A DNA stretch of 45,597 nt from Candidatus Methylomirabilales bacterium (GTDB lineage: Bacteria > Methylomirabilota > Methylomirabilia > Methylomirabilales > CSP1-5): assembly GCA_046758505.1 (NCBI GenBank), contig JBHIAH010000015.1:1-45597 (forward strand). The letters are read 5' to 3'. The position numbers and the translations under genes are program-made. The stretch's first letter is position 1, and the number at the start of each line of letters is the position of its first letter. Below the pieces are notes generated by a model. It worked only from the letters and a program-made list of their open reading frames with translations. It was not told the origin of the DNA and did not search any database. Positions 19,491 through 27,579 of this stretch are shown here, piece after piece.

Positions 19491-20603
19491 ATGGATGGCG
19501 GACGATTGAGGGTGGGGGTCCTCTTCGGCGGTCGGTCGGGAGAGCACGAGGTCTCGGTTGCCTCGGCCCGATCCGTCCTGGGTGCCTTGGACCGATCCCG
19601 GTATGAAGTTCTCCCCGTCGGGATTACGCCCGAAGGGGAGTGGCTGTTGGTGGAAGGCCCGGACCAACTGGGGGAGGGGAAAGGAACCCGGATCGCCGTT
19701 GTCCCCGGTCTTTCAGGACGCGCCCTCGTGGGGATGGATGCGGGTGGCGAGACGGGCCGCGCACTTCCGAACATCCTGGATGTGGCGTTTCCCGTCCTGC
19801 ATGGCACCTATGGCGAGGACGGCACGGTCCAGGGCTTGCTGGAACTCTTGGGTGTCCCGTACGTGGGGGCTGGGGTCATGGCCTCCGCGGTGGGCATGGA
19901 CAAGGCCGTGATGAAGGGGGCCTTCCAGCAGGCGGGGCTGCCAGTCGTGCCGTATTACGTCCTCACGATCACGGCCTGGCGGGACGACGCGGCTACCCTC
20001 CTGAACTCTTTGGAACAGACTCTGGCCTATCCGGTCTTCGTCAAGCCCAGCAACCTGGGTTCGAGCGTCGGGGTGAGTCAGGTAACGGATGGTGCGGGTC
20101 TCCGTCGCGCCATTGAAGAGGCCTTTCGATACGATCGGAAAATCTTGGTGGAGCAAGGGCTCGATTGTCGAGAGGTGGAGTGCGGCATTCTGGGCAATGA
20201 TCAGCCGGAGGCTTCGGTTCTTGCCGAGATCCTCCCCAAGCGGGCATGGTACGATTATCAGGCCAAGTACGAGGCGGGGATGAGTGAGGTCCGGATTCCC
20301 GCCCCCCTCTCTCCCTTGCTTACCGGCGAAGTCCAGGCCCAGGCCGTCACGGCCTATCGGGCCATCGATTGCAGTGGGATGGCCCGCGTCGATTTCTTCC
20401 TCGACCGCGCGTCGGCAAGACCGTATGTGAATGAGGTCAATACGATCCCTGGCTTTACCGCGACGTCGGTCTACCCCAGACTCTGGGAAGCTAGCGGACT
20501 CAGTTACCCCGCCCTCCTGGATCGGCTGATTCACCTGGCGCTCGAGCGTCATGGTGAGCGACAGCGGTTGCTCACCACGTACCGGAAATCCGAGAGCCGG
20601 TGA
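19491..20603 (+). CDS. ddl: D-alanine--D-alanine ligase
   Basis: FGGRSGEHEVS, FPVLHGTYGEDG, VKPSNLGSSVG, ARVDFF, NEVNTIPGFT. Confidence 0.98.
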   Translation: MDGGRLRVGVLFGGRSGEHEVSVASARSVLGALDRSRYEVLPVGITPEGEWLLVEGPDQLGEGKGTRIAVVPGLSGRALVGMDAGGETGRALPNILDVAFPVLHGTYGEDGTVQGLLELLGVPYVGAGVMASAVGMDKAVMKGAFQQAGLPVVPYYVLTITAWRDDAATLLNSLEQTLAYPVFVKPSNLGSSVGVSQVTDGAGLRRAIEEAFRYDRKILVEQGLDCREVECGILGNDQPEASVLAEILPKRAWYDYQAKYEAGMSEVRIPAPLSPLLTGEVQAQAVTAYRAIDCSGMARVDFFLDRASARPYVNEVNTIPGFTATSVYPRLWEASGLSYPALLDRLIHLALERHGERQRLLTTYRKSESR

Positions 20604-20625
20604 TTTCCTGTGCCCCGTCTCCCCA

Positions 20626-20654
20626 TTGACAACCCCCGCGGGGGTTGATACGCT
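20626..20654 (+). promoter_or_regulatory. Sigma70 promoter with palindromic spacer
   Basis: TTGACA - 17 bp - TACGCT; perfect 18-bp palindrome CAACCCCCGCGGGGGTTG at 20630-20647. Confidence 0.65.
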
Positions 20655-20696
20655 ACATGACCGTCCGCAGAAATATCACCGGCACGGAGAGGTTCC

Positions 20697-21311
20697 ATGT
20701 TCCGCTTTATCCCTCGTGATGGAAAGTTCTTCGATCTCTTTGAGGCTGCTGCCCTCAACATTCGGGAAGCGGCCGCCACCTTGAAGGCGATGGCCGAATC
20801 GGACGGCGACTACGAGGCGTGGTGGAAAAAAGTCGAGGAGTACGAGCATACGGGGGACCGGATCACCCATGACCTGATGAAAAAGCTGAACCAGACCTTC
20901 ATCACCCCGCTGGACCGGGAGGATATCCACCAGCTCGGGAGCCGTCTGGACGATGTGGTCGACCTCATCGAGGCGGCTGCGACCCGGATGGCCCTGTACA
21001 AGATCAAGGAGTGCAGCACCGATGCCAGGCGCCTCGCCGACCTGATTCACCAGATGGCCGAGGAGATCGTGCTTGCCGTCCAGAAGCTCAGGAACTTGAA
21101 AAGCATACTTTCCCACTGTGTGGAAATCAATCGACTCGAGAATGTCGCCGATCATATCTCGCGAGATGCCATCGCTGCCCTCTTCACCGGAGGGCACGAT
21201 CCCGTGGAGATTGTCAAATGGAAGGAGATCTATGAGACGCTAGAAACGGCGACAGATCGCTGCGAGGACGTGGCCGACATTCTGGAGCGGATTGTCCTCA
21301 AAAATGCCTAA
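20697..21311 (+). CDS. DUF47 / PhoU-like Pit accessory protein
   Basis: FFDLF, EH.GD, TFITPLDREDI..L...LDDVVD, LEN.AD, KWKEIYE.LE.ATD.CED. Confidence 0.93.
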   Translation: MFRFIPRDGKFFDLFEAAALNIREAAATLKAMAESDGDYEAWWKKVEEYEHTGDRITHDLMKKLNQTFITPLDREDIHQLGSRLDDVVDLIEAAATRMALYKIKECSTDARRLADLIHQMAEEIVLAVQKLRNLKSILSHCVEINRLENVADHISRDAIAALFTGGHDPVEIVKWKEIYETLETATDRCEDVADILERIVLKNA

Positions 21312-21314
21312 TCT

Positions 21315-21393
21315 GGTTCACGGTTCACCGTTCATAGTTCATGGATTGGATGTCCGGATTTTCCTGTGAACCCTGAACCCTGAACTGTGAACG
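21315..21393. repeat. Inverted 7-mer tract (GTTCANN / NTGAACN)
   Basis: GGTTCAC GGTTCAC CGTTCAT AGTTCAT ... GTGAACC CTGAACC CTGAACT GTGAACG. Confidence 0.75.
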
Positions 21394-21400
21394 AGCTTTC

Positions 21401-22408
21401 ATGAGCGAGCCCGGGTGGGTGATCATCCTCGTGGTAGTGTTGGCGGTCATCTTCGATTTCACCAACGGGTGGAACGATGCCGCCAATGCCATTGCGACGG
21501 TGGTTTCCACCCGCGTCCTCACCCCCACCCAGGCGGTGCTCCTGGCCGGGGCCTTGAACGTGGCGGGCGCCTTTTACTCGACGGCGGTCGCAAAGACCAT
21601 CGGCTCCGGGATCGTACACGCCAGCGGCGTCACGCAGCTCACCATCGCGGCCGCACTCGTGGGTGGGATTATCTGGAATGGTTGGATGACCCTGATCGGG
21701 ATGCCCATCAGCGCCTCCCATGCGCTGATCGGGGGGGTCATGGGGGCGGGCATCGCCCACGGAGGCCTCGGCATCTTAAACTATGAGGGGCTGAAGCCGA
21801 TTTTTGCGGCCATGCTCATCTCCCCCGCCTTGGGCATTGTGATCGGCCTCTTCTTCATGGTTGCCATCAGTTGGTTCTTCTTCCGGGCGAGCCCGGCGTG
21901 GGCCAATCCCCTTTTTCGCAAGCTCCAACTTGTCTCGGTCAGCTTCATGGCGTTCAGTCACGGGACCGGGGATGCGCAGAAGGTCATGGGGGTTATCACC
22001 TTGGCCTTGGTTGCCGGGGGATACCTGGGGACTATGGAGGTCCCCTGGTGGGTGATCCTCGTCGCGGCCTTGGCCATGGGGCTCGGCACGGCGGTGGGCG
22101 GGTGGAGGGTGGTGAAGACCTTGGGGCTCCAGATGTTGAAGCTCCAGCCGGTCCACGGGTTTGCGGCCGAGACCACGGCAGGGCTGATCATTATCGGGGC
22201 CTCGAATCTCGGGGTGCCGGTGAGCACCACCCACACCATCACCACGTCCATTATGGGCGTCGGCGCCGCGGAGCGGCTTTCGGCGGTCCGATGGGGGGTG
22301 AGCCTCAAGATCCTCTATGCCTGGCTGTTCACACTTCCCGGGGCGGGCCTCGCAGCCTATATTAGCTACCAGGTGATCTATCTGGGGGTGGCCTGGGCCG
22401 GCGGTTGA
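21401..22408 (+). CDS. pit: Inorganic phosphate transporter (PiT family)
   Basis: NGWNDAANAIAT, HGTGDAQK, PVSTTH, GVG. Confidence 0.95.
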   Translation: MSEPGWVIILVVVLAVIFDFTNGWNDAANAIATVVSTRVLTPTQAVLLAGALNVAGAFYSTAVAKTIGSGIVHASGVTQLTIAAALVGGIIWNGWMTLIGMPISASHALIGGVMGAGIAHGGLGILNYEGLKPIFAAMLISPALGIVIGLFFMVAISWFFFRASPAWANPLFRKLQLVSVSFMAFSHGTGDAQKVMGVITLALVAGGYLGTMEVPWWVILVAALAMGLGTAVGGWRVVKTLGLQMLKLQPVHGFAAETTAGLIIIGASNLGVPVSTTHTITTSIMGVGAAERLSAVRWGVSLKILYAWLFTLPGAGLAAYISYQVIYLGVAWAGG

Positions 22409-22426
22409 TTCGCAGAGGAGGCGCAC

Positions 22427-23779
22427 GTGCGGGCTATCGTGATTGGCGCCGGTGAGGTCGGATATCATATCGCCAAGCGCCTGGTCCAAGAGGGGCATGA
22501 TGTCACCATTATCGAGGAGAATGCCGCCGTCAAAGAGCGGGTGGAGAAGGAACTGGATCTTCTGGCCGTCCAGGGGAACGGGGCCTCCCCGACTGCCCTG
22601 GAGGCGGCGGGGGTGACCGAGACCGACATGCTCATCGCGGTGACCGACGAGGACGAGTTGAATCTGGTCGCTTCTCTCCTGGCGAAAGAGTACGAGGTAA
22701 AAACCACCATTGCCCGCGTCAGGAATCCGGAGTTCTTGCGAAGCCGCTTCCTCCAGTCGGGCGCCCGGCTCGGGATCGACCTCCTGATCAATCCCAATCA
22801 GGTTGTGGCTGAAGAGATCGCCAAGCTGGTCCACGTCCCCGCGGCGGCCCAGGTGGCCTTTTTTGCGGAAGGCAAGGTGCAGCTTTTGGGCATCTATGTG
22901 GGGCCCGATGCTCCGGCCCTCCAGAAACGGCTCAAGGACCTGGGGACGTTCCAAGCCAAGCACCCCTTCCTCGTCACCGCCCTCTCCCGGAAGGACGAAC
23001 TCCATATCCCCGACGGTGAGACGACCATCCTGCCCGGCGACCATCTCTACCTGGTGGCGCACCGGGACGATATCCCCGCCATCCTGGATCTCCTGGGGCG
23101 ACAGGAGGTCCCCCCGAGGAGGGTCATGATTATCGGCGGCGGTCGCGTCGGGCTTTTCCTGGCAGAGATCCTGGAGGCCGAGGGAATTCCCGTCACCCTC
23201 ATGGAGCGCAACCCCAAGCGGTGTGAGGAACTCGCCCACCGTCTGAAGAAAGCCCTCGTCCTCGAGGGGGACGGGACCGACAGCAGGGCCCTGGAGGAAG
23301 AGGGGGTCGCGGAGATGGACGCCGTCGTCACCGTCTCCGACGACGAGGCGACGAACATCCTGGCGGCCTTGCTCGCGAAGCGTCTCAAGGCAAAGAAGGC
23401 CATCGCCCTCATTCAACGATCCCACTTTCTCCAGTTGGCCTCCTCGCTGGGGATCGATGCGCCCATCAGCCCCCGCCTTACCACCGCGAGCGTGATCCTC
23501 AGGTATGTGCGCGGCGAACGGGTCGTCTCCGTCGTGGAGATGCCCGAATGGGATGCGGAGATTATGGAGCGCGTTGCCCTCCCGACTGCGGCCGTCGTGG
23601 ACCACCCCCTCCGTGAGGTCAACATGCCCAAGGGGGCTATTGTGGCGGCGATCAGCCGCGGAGAGCAGATCATCATCCCCAAGGGTGACAGCCGTATCCT
23701 CCCCGAGGACCGGGTCATCCTTTTTACCCTTCCTGGCGCGATCCCGAAAGTGGAACGACTTTTTAAAGGCAACGGCTAG
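22427..23779 (+). CDS. trkA: Trk potassium uptake NAD-binding subunit
   Basis: Two RCK domains (IGAGEVG; IIGGGRVG), 450 aa. Confidence 0.96.
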   Translation: MRAIVIGAGEVGYHIAKRLVQEGHDVTIIEENAAVKERVEKELDLLAVQGNGASPTALEAAGVTETDMLIAVTDEDELNLVASLLAKEYEVKTTIARVRNPEFLRSRFLQSGARLGIDLLINPNQVVAEEIAKLVHVPAAAQVAFFAEGKVQLLGIYVGPDAPALQKRLKDLGTFQAKHPFLVTALSRKDELHIPDGETTILPGDHLYLVAHRDDIPAILDLLGRQEVPPRRVMIIGGGRVGLFLAEILEAEGIPVTLMERNPKRCEELAHRLKKALVLEGDGTDSRALEEEGVAEMDAVVTVSDDEATNILAALLAKRLKAKKAIALIQRSHFLQLASSLGIDAPISPRLTTASVILRYVRGERVVSVVEMPEWDAEIMERVALPTAAVVDHPLREVNMPKGAIVAAISRGEQIIIPKGDSRILPEDRVILFTLPGAIPKVERLFKGNG

Positions 23780-23796
23780 GTCGACCGGAGGGTCGG

Positions 23797-25251
23797 ATGC
23801 AGATTGCCCCCATCCTCCATGCGCTGGGCCTCCTCCTGCTCTGCCTTGCCGGGGCCATGAGCTTTCCCGTCCTGATCGCCTTTTTTACCGGCGGACCCGA
23901 AACGCTCTCTCTGCTCCTTGCCCTGCTCTACACAGGAGGAGTCGGGCTGCTCGGTTACCTCGTGTCTCGCGGTCGAACCGAGATCGGTGCGCGGGAGGGA
24001 TTCGTCATCGTCGCGGCGGGATGGGTGCTTTTTTCCGCGTTTGGCGCCCTCCCCTTCTACCTCACCGGGATGCTCCCCTCGTACACCGATGCCTACTTCG
24101 AGGCCATGTCCGGCTTCACCACGACCGGGGCCACGGTCCTGACCCAGATTGAGGGCCAGCCGATGGCCCTCCATTTCTGGCGGTCCTTCATACAATGGCT
24201 CGGGGGGATGGGGATCATCGTCCTCTCCCTGGCGATTCTCCCCATGTTGGGTGTGGGCGGGATGCAGCTGTACAAGGCCGAGGTCCCCGGACCGGTTCCG
24301 GACCGACTGGTCCCGCGCATCCGGCAGACGGCCAGGCTGCTCTGGGGGCTGTACACGGTCCTCTCGGCTGTTGAAGTCATCGCGCTCGTCTTGGTCGGGA
24401 TGCCGGTGTACGACGCCCTGCTGCACACCTTCACCACGATGGCGACGGGGGGGTTCTCGCCCAAGGCCGCAAGCATCGGCGCGTATCAGAGCCCTGCCAT
24501 CGACACGGTCCTCATCGTCTTCATGTTCTTGGCGGGGGCGAACTTCGCCCTGCATTTTCAGGCTCTGCGGGGGAATGTCAAGGCCTACCGAGATCCCGAG
24601 TTTCGCTTCTATGGGGCGATCGTCCTGGTTGCCGTTTTCGGGTTGACACTCATCCTCTGGGGGCGGGTCTATCCCGACCTTCCGTCCGCTCTCCGTTACG
24701 GCGCCTTTCAGGTGGTCTCGATCGTGACGACCACTGGCTTTGGAACCGCGGACTACGGCACGTGGCCGGTGTTTGCGCAGTTTCTCCTCTTAAGCCTGAT
24801 GTTGCTGGGGGGGTGCGCCGGGTCCACCGGGGGGGCGATCAAACATATCCGGGGGCTCCTCCTCTTCAAGGTCGCCTATGACCATCTGTACAGGCTGATT
24901 CATCCCAAGGCGGTGCGCCACGTGAAGGTAGGAGGGAGGGTGATCCCGAAGGAGGTGCTGGAGGGGGTGCACGTCTTCGTGCTCCTCTATTTTTTTACCT
25001 TCTTTGTTGCGACCGGGAGTCTCACCCTCTTGGACGTGGATCTGGTCACCGCGATCGGGGCGGTCGCGGCCACGCTCGGAAATGTCGGGCCTGGTCTGGG
25101 ATTGGTCGGACCGGCGGGGAACTACGCCGGCGTCCCGGGTGTGGGGAAGTGGATTCTGAGCGCCTGTATGGTCTTGGGCCGTCTCGAGCTCTTTACCGTC
25201 TTCGTCCTCTTCACGCCCGACCTGTGGCGGAGCCTCGTCTGGCGCCGGTAA
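23797..25251 (+). CDS. trkH: Trk potassium uptake membrane subunit
   Basis: FEAMSGFTTTGAT, QWLGGMG, TGGFS, TTTGF, GGCAGSTGGAIK, NVGPG, GRLE. Confidence 0.97.
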   Translation: MQIAPILHALGLLLLCLAGAMSFPVLIAFFTGGPETLSLLLALLYTGGVGLLGYLVSRGRTEIGAREGFVIVAAGWVLFSAFGALPFYLTGMLPSYTDAYFEAMSGFTTTGATVLTQIEGQPMALHFWRSFIQWLGGMGIIVLSLAILPMLGVGGMQLYKAEVPGPVPDRLVPRIRQTARLLWGLYTVLSAVEVIALVLVGMPVYDALLHTFTTMATGGFSPKAASIGAYQSPAIDTVLIVFMFLAGANFALHFQALRGNVKAYRDPEFRFYGAIVLVAVFGLTLILWGRVYPDLPSALRYGAFQVVSIVTTTGFGTADYGTWPVFAQFLLLSLMLLGGCAGSTGGAIKHIRGLLLFKVAYDHLYRLIHPKAVRHVKVGGRVIPKEVLEGVHVFVLLYFFTFFVATGSLTLLDVDLVTAIGAVAATLGNVGPGLGLVGPAGNYAGVPGVGKWILSACMVLGRLELFTVFVLFTPDLWRSLVWRR

Positions 25252-25264
25252 CGGGCAAATCCCC

Positions 25265-25293
25265 TTGACATCCGCGGGCCCGGCACGTAGTCT
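25265..25293 (+). promoter_or_regulatory. Sigma70-like promoter of tat genes
   Basis: TTGACA - 17 bp - TAGTCT. Confidence 0.6.
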
Positions 25294-25325
25294 GAAATCA
25301 GATGCTCCATCCAGGGAGACCGATC

Positions 25326-25613
25326 ATGTTCGGCATCGGAATGCCCGAACTCATCGTCATTTTCATCGTTGCCCTCCTGGTGTTCGGTCCCAAAAAGCTT
25401 CCGGACCTGGGCAAGGCGTTAGGCCGCGGCCTGGCGGAATTCAAGCGCGCCTCCGATGATCTCAAGGAAGGGCTGACCGCCGATTTCAACCTGGAGGACG
25501 AGGACAAACCTGCGGCGAAAGCCCCCACCCCCCCCGAAACCCCCGCCCCTCCCGAGGCACCCGCGTCGGCTCCCGAGCCTCCACCGTCCACGGACGATCC
25601 GCTCCATGGCTGA
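25326..25613 (+). CDS. tatA: Twin-arginine translocase TatA/TatB family subunit
   Basis: [12 protein letters not shown]...[20 protein letters not shown]. Confidence 0.92.
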   Translation: MFGIGMPELIVIFIVALLVFGPKKLPDLGKALGRGLAEFKRASDDLKEGLTADFNLEDEDKPAAKAPTPPETPAPPEAPASAPEPPPSTDDPLHG

Positions 25614-26403
25614 TGACCGGATGCCCTTCCTCTCCCACCTGGAGGAGCTCCGAAAGCGGTTGATCGTCTGTCTCATCGCCATCGGTGTCGGCTTTGGCGT
25701 CGCCTTTAACTTCTCCGAGCAGATCATGGCGTTGCTCAAGCGCATCCTCACGACCACCTTCGCCTTTCAGAAGACCTACCCCTTTGTCGTTGCCGTGTCC
25801 AAGCCTGCGCCGGAGTTGATCTTCGTCGCCCCCGCCGAAGCCTTCTGGGCCCATATCAAGATCGGGTTCCTCGTCGGCCTGCTGGTGGCCACCCCCCTGA
25901 TCCTCTTCGAGCTGTGGCGGTTCGTCTCGCCCGGCCTGCTGGAGCGGGAGCGACGCTATGCGATGCCCTTCGTCATCCTTGGGACCGTCTTCTTTTTTTT
26001 TGGCTTCGCCTTCTGCTATTTCGTCGTCCTCCCCTTCGCCATGAACTTTCTGCTCACCTACAAGACCGCGCACCTCACACCGATGCTCTCGATCGGCCTC
26101 TTTATCGATTTCACCGTCAAATTTCTCCTGGCCTTCGGCCTCATCTTTGAGCTCCCCTTGCTGATGAGCCTCGCCGCGCGGCTGGGCCTGGTCACCTCCA
26201 AGTTTCTTGCGCGGAACCGGAAATACGCCATCCTGGTGAACTTCGTCATCGCCGCCATCCTGACCCCGACCCCCGATATCTTCAACCAGACCCTCATGGC
26301 TGGCCCGCTCTGCCTCCTCTACGAGGTCGGGATCTGGGCCGTCCGGCTGATCGAGAAGACCCGGCGATCCCCGACGCAAGAGGAGGCCCGCGAGGGGGCC
26401 TGA
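25606..26403 (+). CDS. tatC: Twin-arginine translocase subunit TatC
   Basis: [20 protein letters not shown]...[17 protein letters not shown]. Confidence 0.97.
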   Translation: MADDRMPFLSHLEELRKRLIVCLIAIGVGFGVAFNFSEQIMALLKRILTTTFAFQKTYPFVVAVSKPAPELIFVAPAEAFWAHIKIGFLVGLLVATPLILFELWRFVSPGLLERERRYAMPFVILGTVFFFFGFAFCYFVVLPFAMNFLLTYKTAHLTPMLSIGLFIDFTVKFLLAFGLIFELPLLMSLAARLGLVTSKFLARNRKYAILVNFVIAAILTPTPDIFNQTLMAGPLCLLYEVGIWAVRLIEKTRRSPTQEEAREGA

Positions 26404-26465
26404 CCGTGTGGTATCCCCCGATTTTCCCTTGACGCCGCCTCCCTTGTCTGTTAGGAGAAAGGCAC

Positions 26466-26527
26466 AGGTGGTGGAGTCCACCTCAGAACCACCCCGGTGA
26501 GTATCCATCGGGGGTGATGACTCCTGC
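26466..26527 (+). ncRNA. Fluoride riboswitch (crcB motif), copy 1
   Basis: P1 AGGTG(26466-70)/CACCT(26479-83); pseudoknot GGAGTC(26473-78)/GACTCC(26519-24); P2 CCCCGGTG/CATCGGGG; TGATGACTCCTGC 3' signature; GTG replaces canonical ATG after P1. Confidence 0.8.
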
Positions 26528-26561
26528 TGAAGATTTCTCTTCGGGAGGAGTTTTCTCTTTT
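26520..26561 (+). terminator. Intrinsic terminator (riboswitch expression platform 1)
   Basis: ACTCCT-G-CTGAAG...CTTCGG-G-AGGAGT then TTTCTCTTTT; left arm overlaps the aptamer pseudoknot strand. Confidence 0.8.
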
Positions 26562-26637
26562 GGGGGGGACTTTCGTTCCCTGAGCGCTCAGGGTGAGAAG
26601 ACCGGCACGCCTGGGGCCCGAGCAAGGAGGGGCCTGC

Positions 26638-27315
26638 GTGGGGCTCCGGTGTAGGCACATGGCGATGGACGAGTGTGGATCACGCACGAACCTGCTTGGC
26701 CAGCTCCGACCGGAAGTGCAGGAGCGGCTTGATGTTGAATTGCTCCGCGTCGGAGACGGGTTGGCCCTGATGCCCGCGCTGCTGCAAGTGAAGCGGAAAG
26801 GCGTGCGTGTCCGGATGATCCTGCCGCTCGAGCACGATCCCGGATTCCCGGAGCGGCTGTGGGATCTTGAACCCTTCCTGGCGGAAGGGATCGACGTCCG
26901 CTGGGGGCCGACAGTCCGTGACAGGCGGCTGGTCGCCGACGGGCGGCGCGCGTATCGACTGGATGGGGAATGGATCAAGCTGGACCCAAAGCTCGGGAGC
27001 CGTCCCCTGGCGAGCACCGATGGGACCGTGCACATCTCTTCCGGGGAGGTCCTTGATAAGCAAGAACGACGTGCGCGGTTTGACCGTCTTGACCGCATCC
27101 TGTGTGTGCGCATCTGGGCGCTGGGCGGGCGTTTTCCACTCTACTTCTCGAGCGAACGAACCCCGGTGGATGCCCTGTCGCCTGGTGACCGGATCAAAGT
27201 GCTCTTTGTGATCATCTGGGGCGGGAGCGGGCTTTTCTCGGCGTTTGCTCCCTCCGAACTGTACTACGAGGGCGTCGGTTTCAGATGGATTCGATCCGAG
27301 AACCGGCCGCCGTGA
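26638..27315 (+). CDS. Hypothetical protein, PLD-like fold lacking the HKD motif plus C-terminal beta domain
   Basis: AGGAGG 7 nt before in-frame GTG 26638; ALLQVKRKGVRVRMIL...EGIDVRW...RDRRLVADGRRAY resembles PLD-fold strands. Confidence 0.6.
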   Translation: MGLRCRHMAMDECGSRTNLLGQLRPEVQERLDVELLRVGDGLALMPALLQVKRKGVRVRMILPLEHDPGFPERLWDLEPFLAEGIDVRWGPTVRDRRLVADGRRAYRLDGEWIKLDPKLGSRPLASTDGTVHISSGEVLDKQERRARFDRLDRILCVRIWALGGRFPLYFSSERTPVDALSPGDRIKVLFVIIWGGSGLFSAFAPSELYYEGVGFRWIRSENRPP

Positions 27316-27432
27316 CGGACCGGCTGCGGTGAGAGGTGGAAATCGGTGTCAGTGAATTGGGACAAACGGTCACGCGACCCTTCCATGCGCACGGGGGTCA
27401 GCCCGTGCGCGTAGAGGTGACGATGGAAGGCG

Positions 27433-27462
27433 TTGACACCCGATGATGGACGACGATAGAAT
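27433..27462 (+). promoter_or_regulatory. Sigma70 promoter for riboswitch 2 transcript
   Basis: TTGACA - 18 bp - TAGAAT, ending about 14 nt before the aptamer. Confidence 0.75.
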
Positions 27463-27475
27463 AACGCCGCTCTCA

Positions 27476-27535
27476 GGGCGATGGAGTTCGCCGGGAACCA
27501 CCAGCTCCCATTCGGGGGCGGTTGATGACTCCTGC
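27476..27535 (+). ncRNA. Fluoride riboswitch (crcB motif), copy 2
   Basis: GGCGATGGAGTTCGCC 5' signature; P1 GGCG/CGCC; pseudoknot GGAGTT/GACTCC(27527-32); P2 GCTCCC-ATTC-GGGGGC; TGATGACTCCTGC. Confidence 0.92.
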
Positions 27536-27564
27536 TGAAGGGGAACCTTCGGGAGGAGTTTTTT
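27528..27564 (+). terminator. Intrinsic terminator (riboswitch expression platform 2)
   Basis: ACTCCT-G-CTGAAGG-GGAA-CCTTCGG-G-AGGAGT followed by TTTTT. Confidence 0.88.
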
Positions 27565-27579
27565 ATTTATAGGAGATTA

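Noticed and set aside
21776..23605. 609-aa minus-strand ORF
   Set aside because: Antisense to pit and trkA, no recognisable motifs
20697..26403. pit, trkAH and tat as members of the fluoride regulon
   Set aside because: They lie upstream of the riboswitches with their own promoters, so cannot be controlled by them in cis
27386..27411. Hairpin GCGCACGGG-N6-CCCGTGCGC
   Set aside because: No U-tract or recognisable RNA family; not enough support to call a terminator or ncRNA
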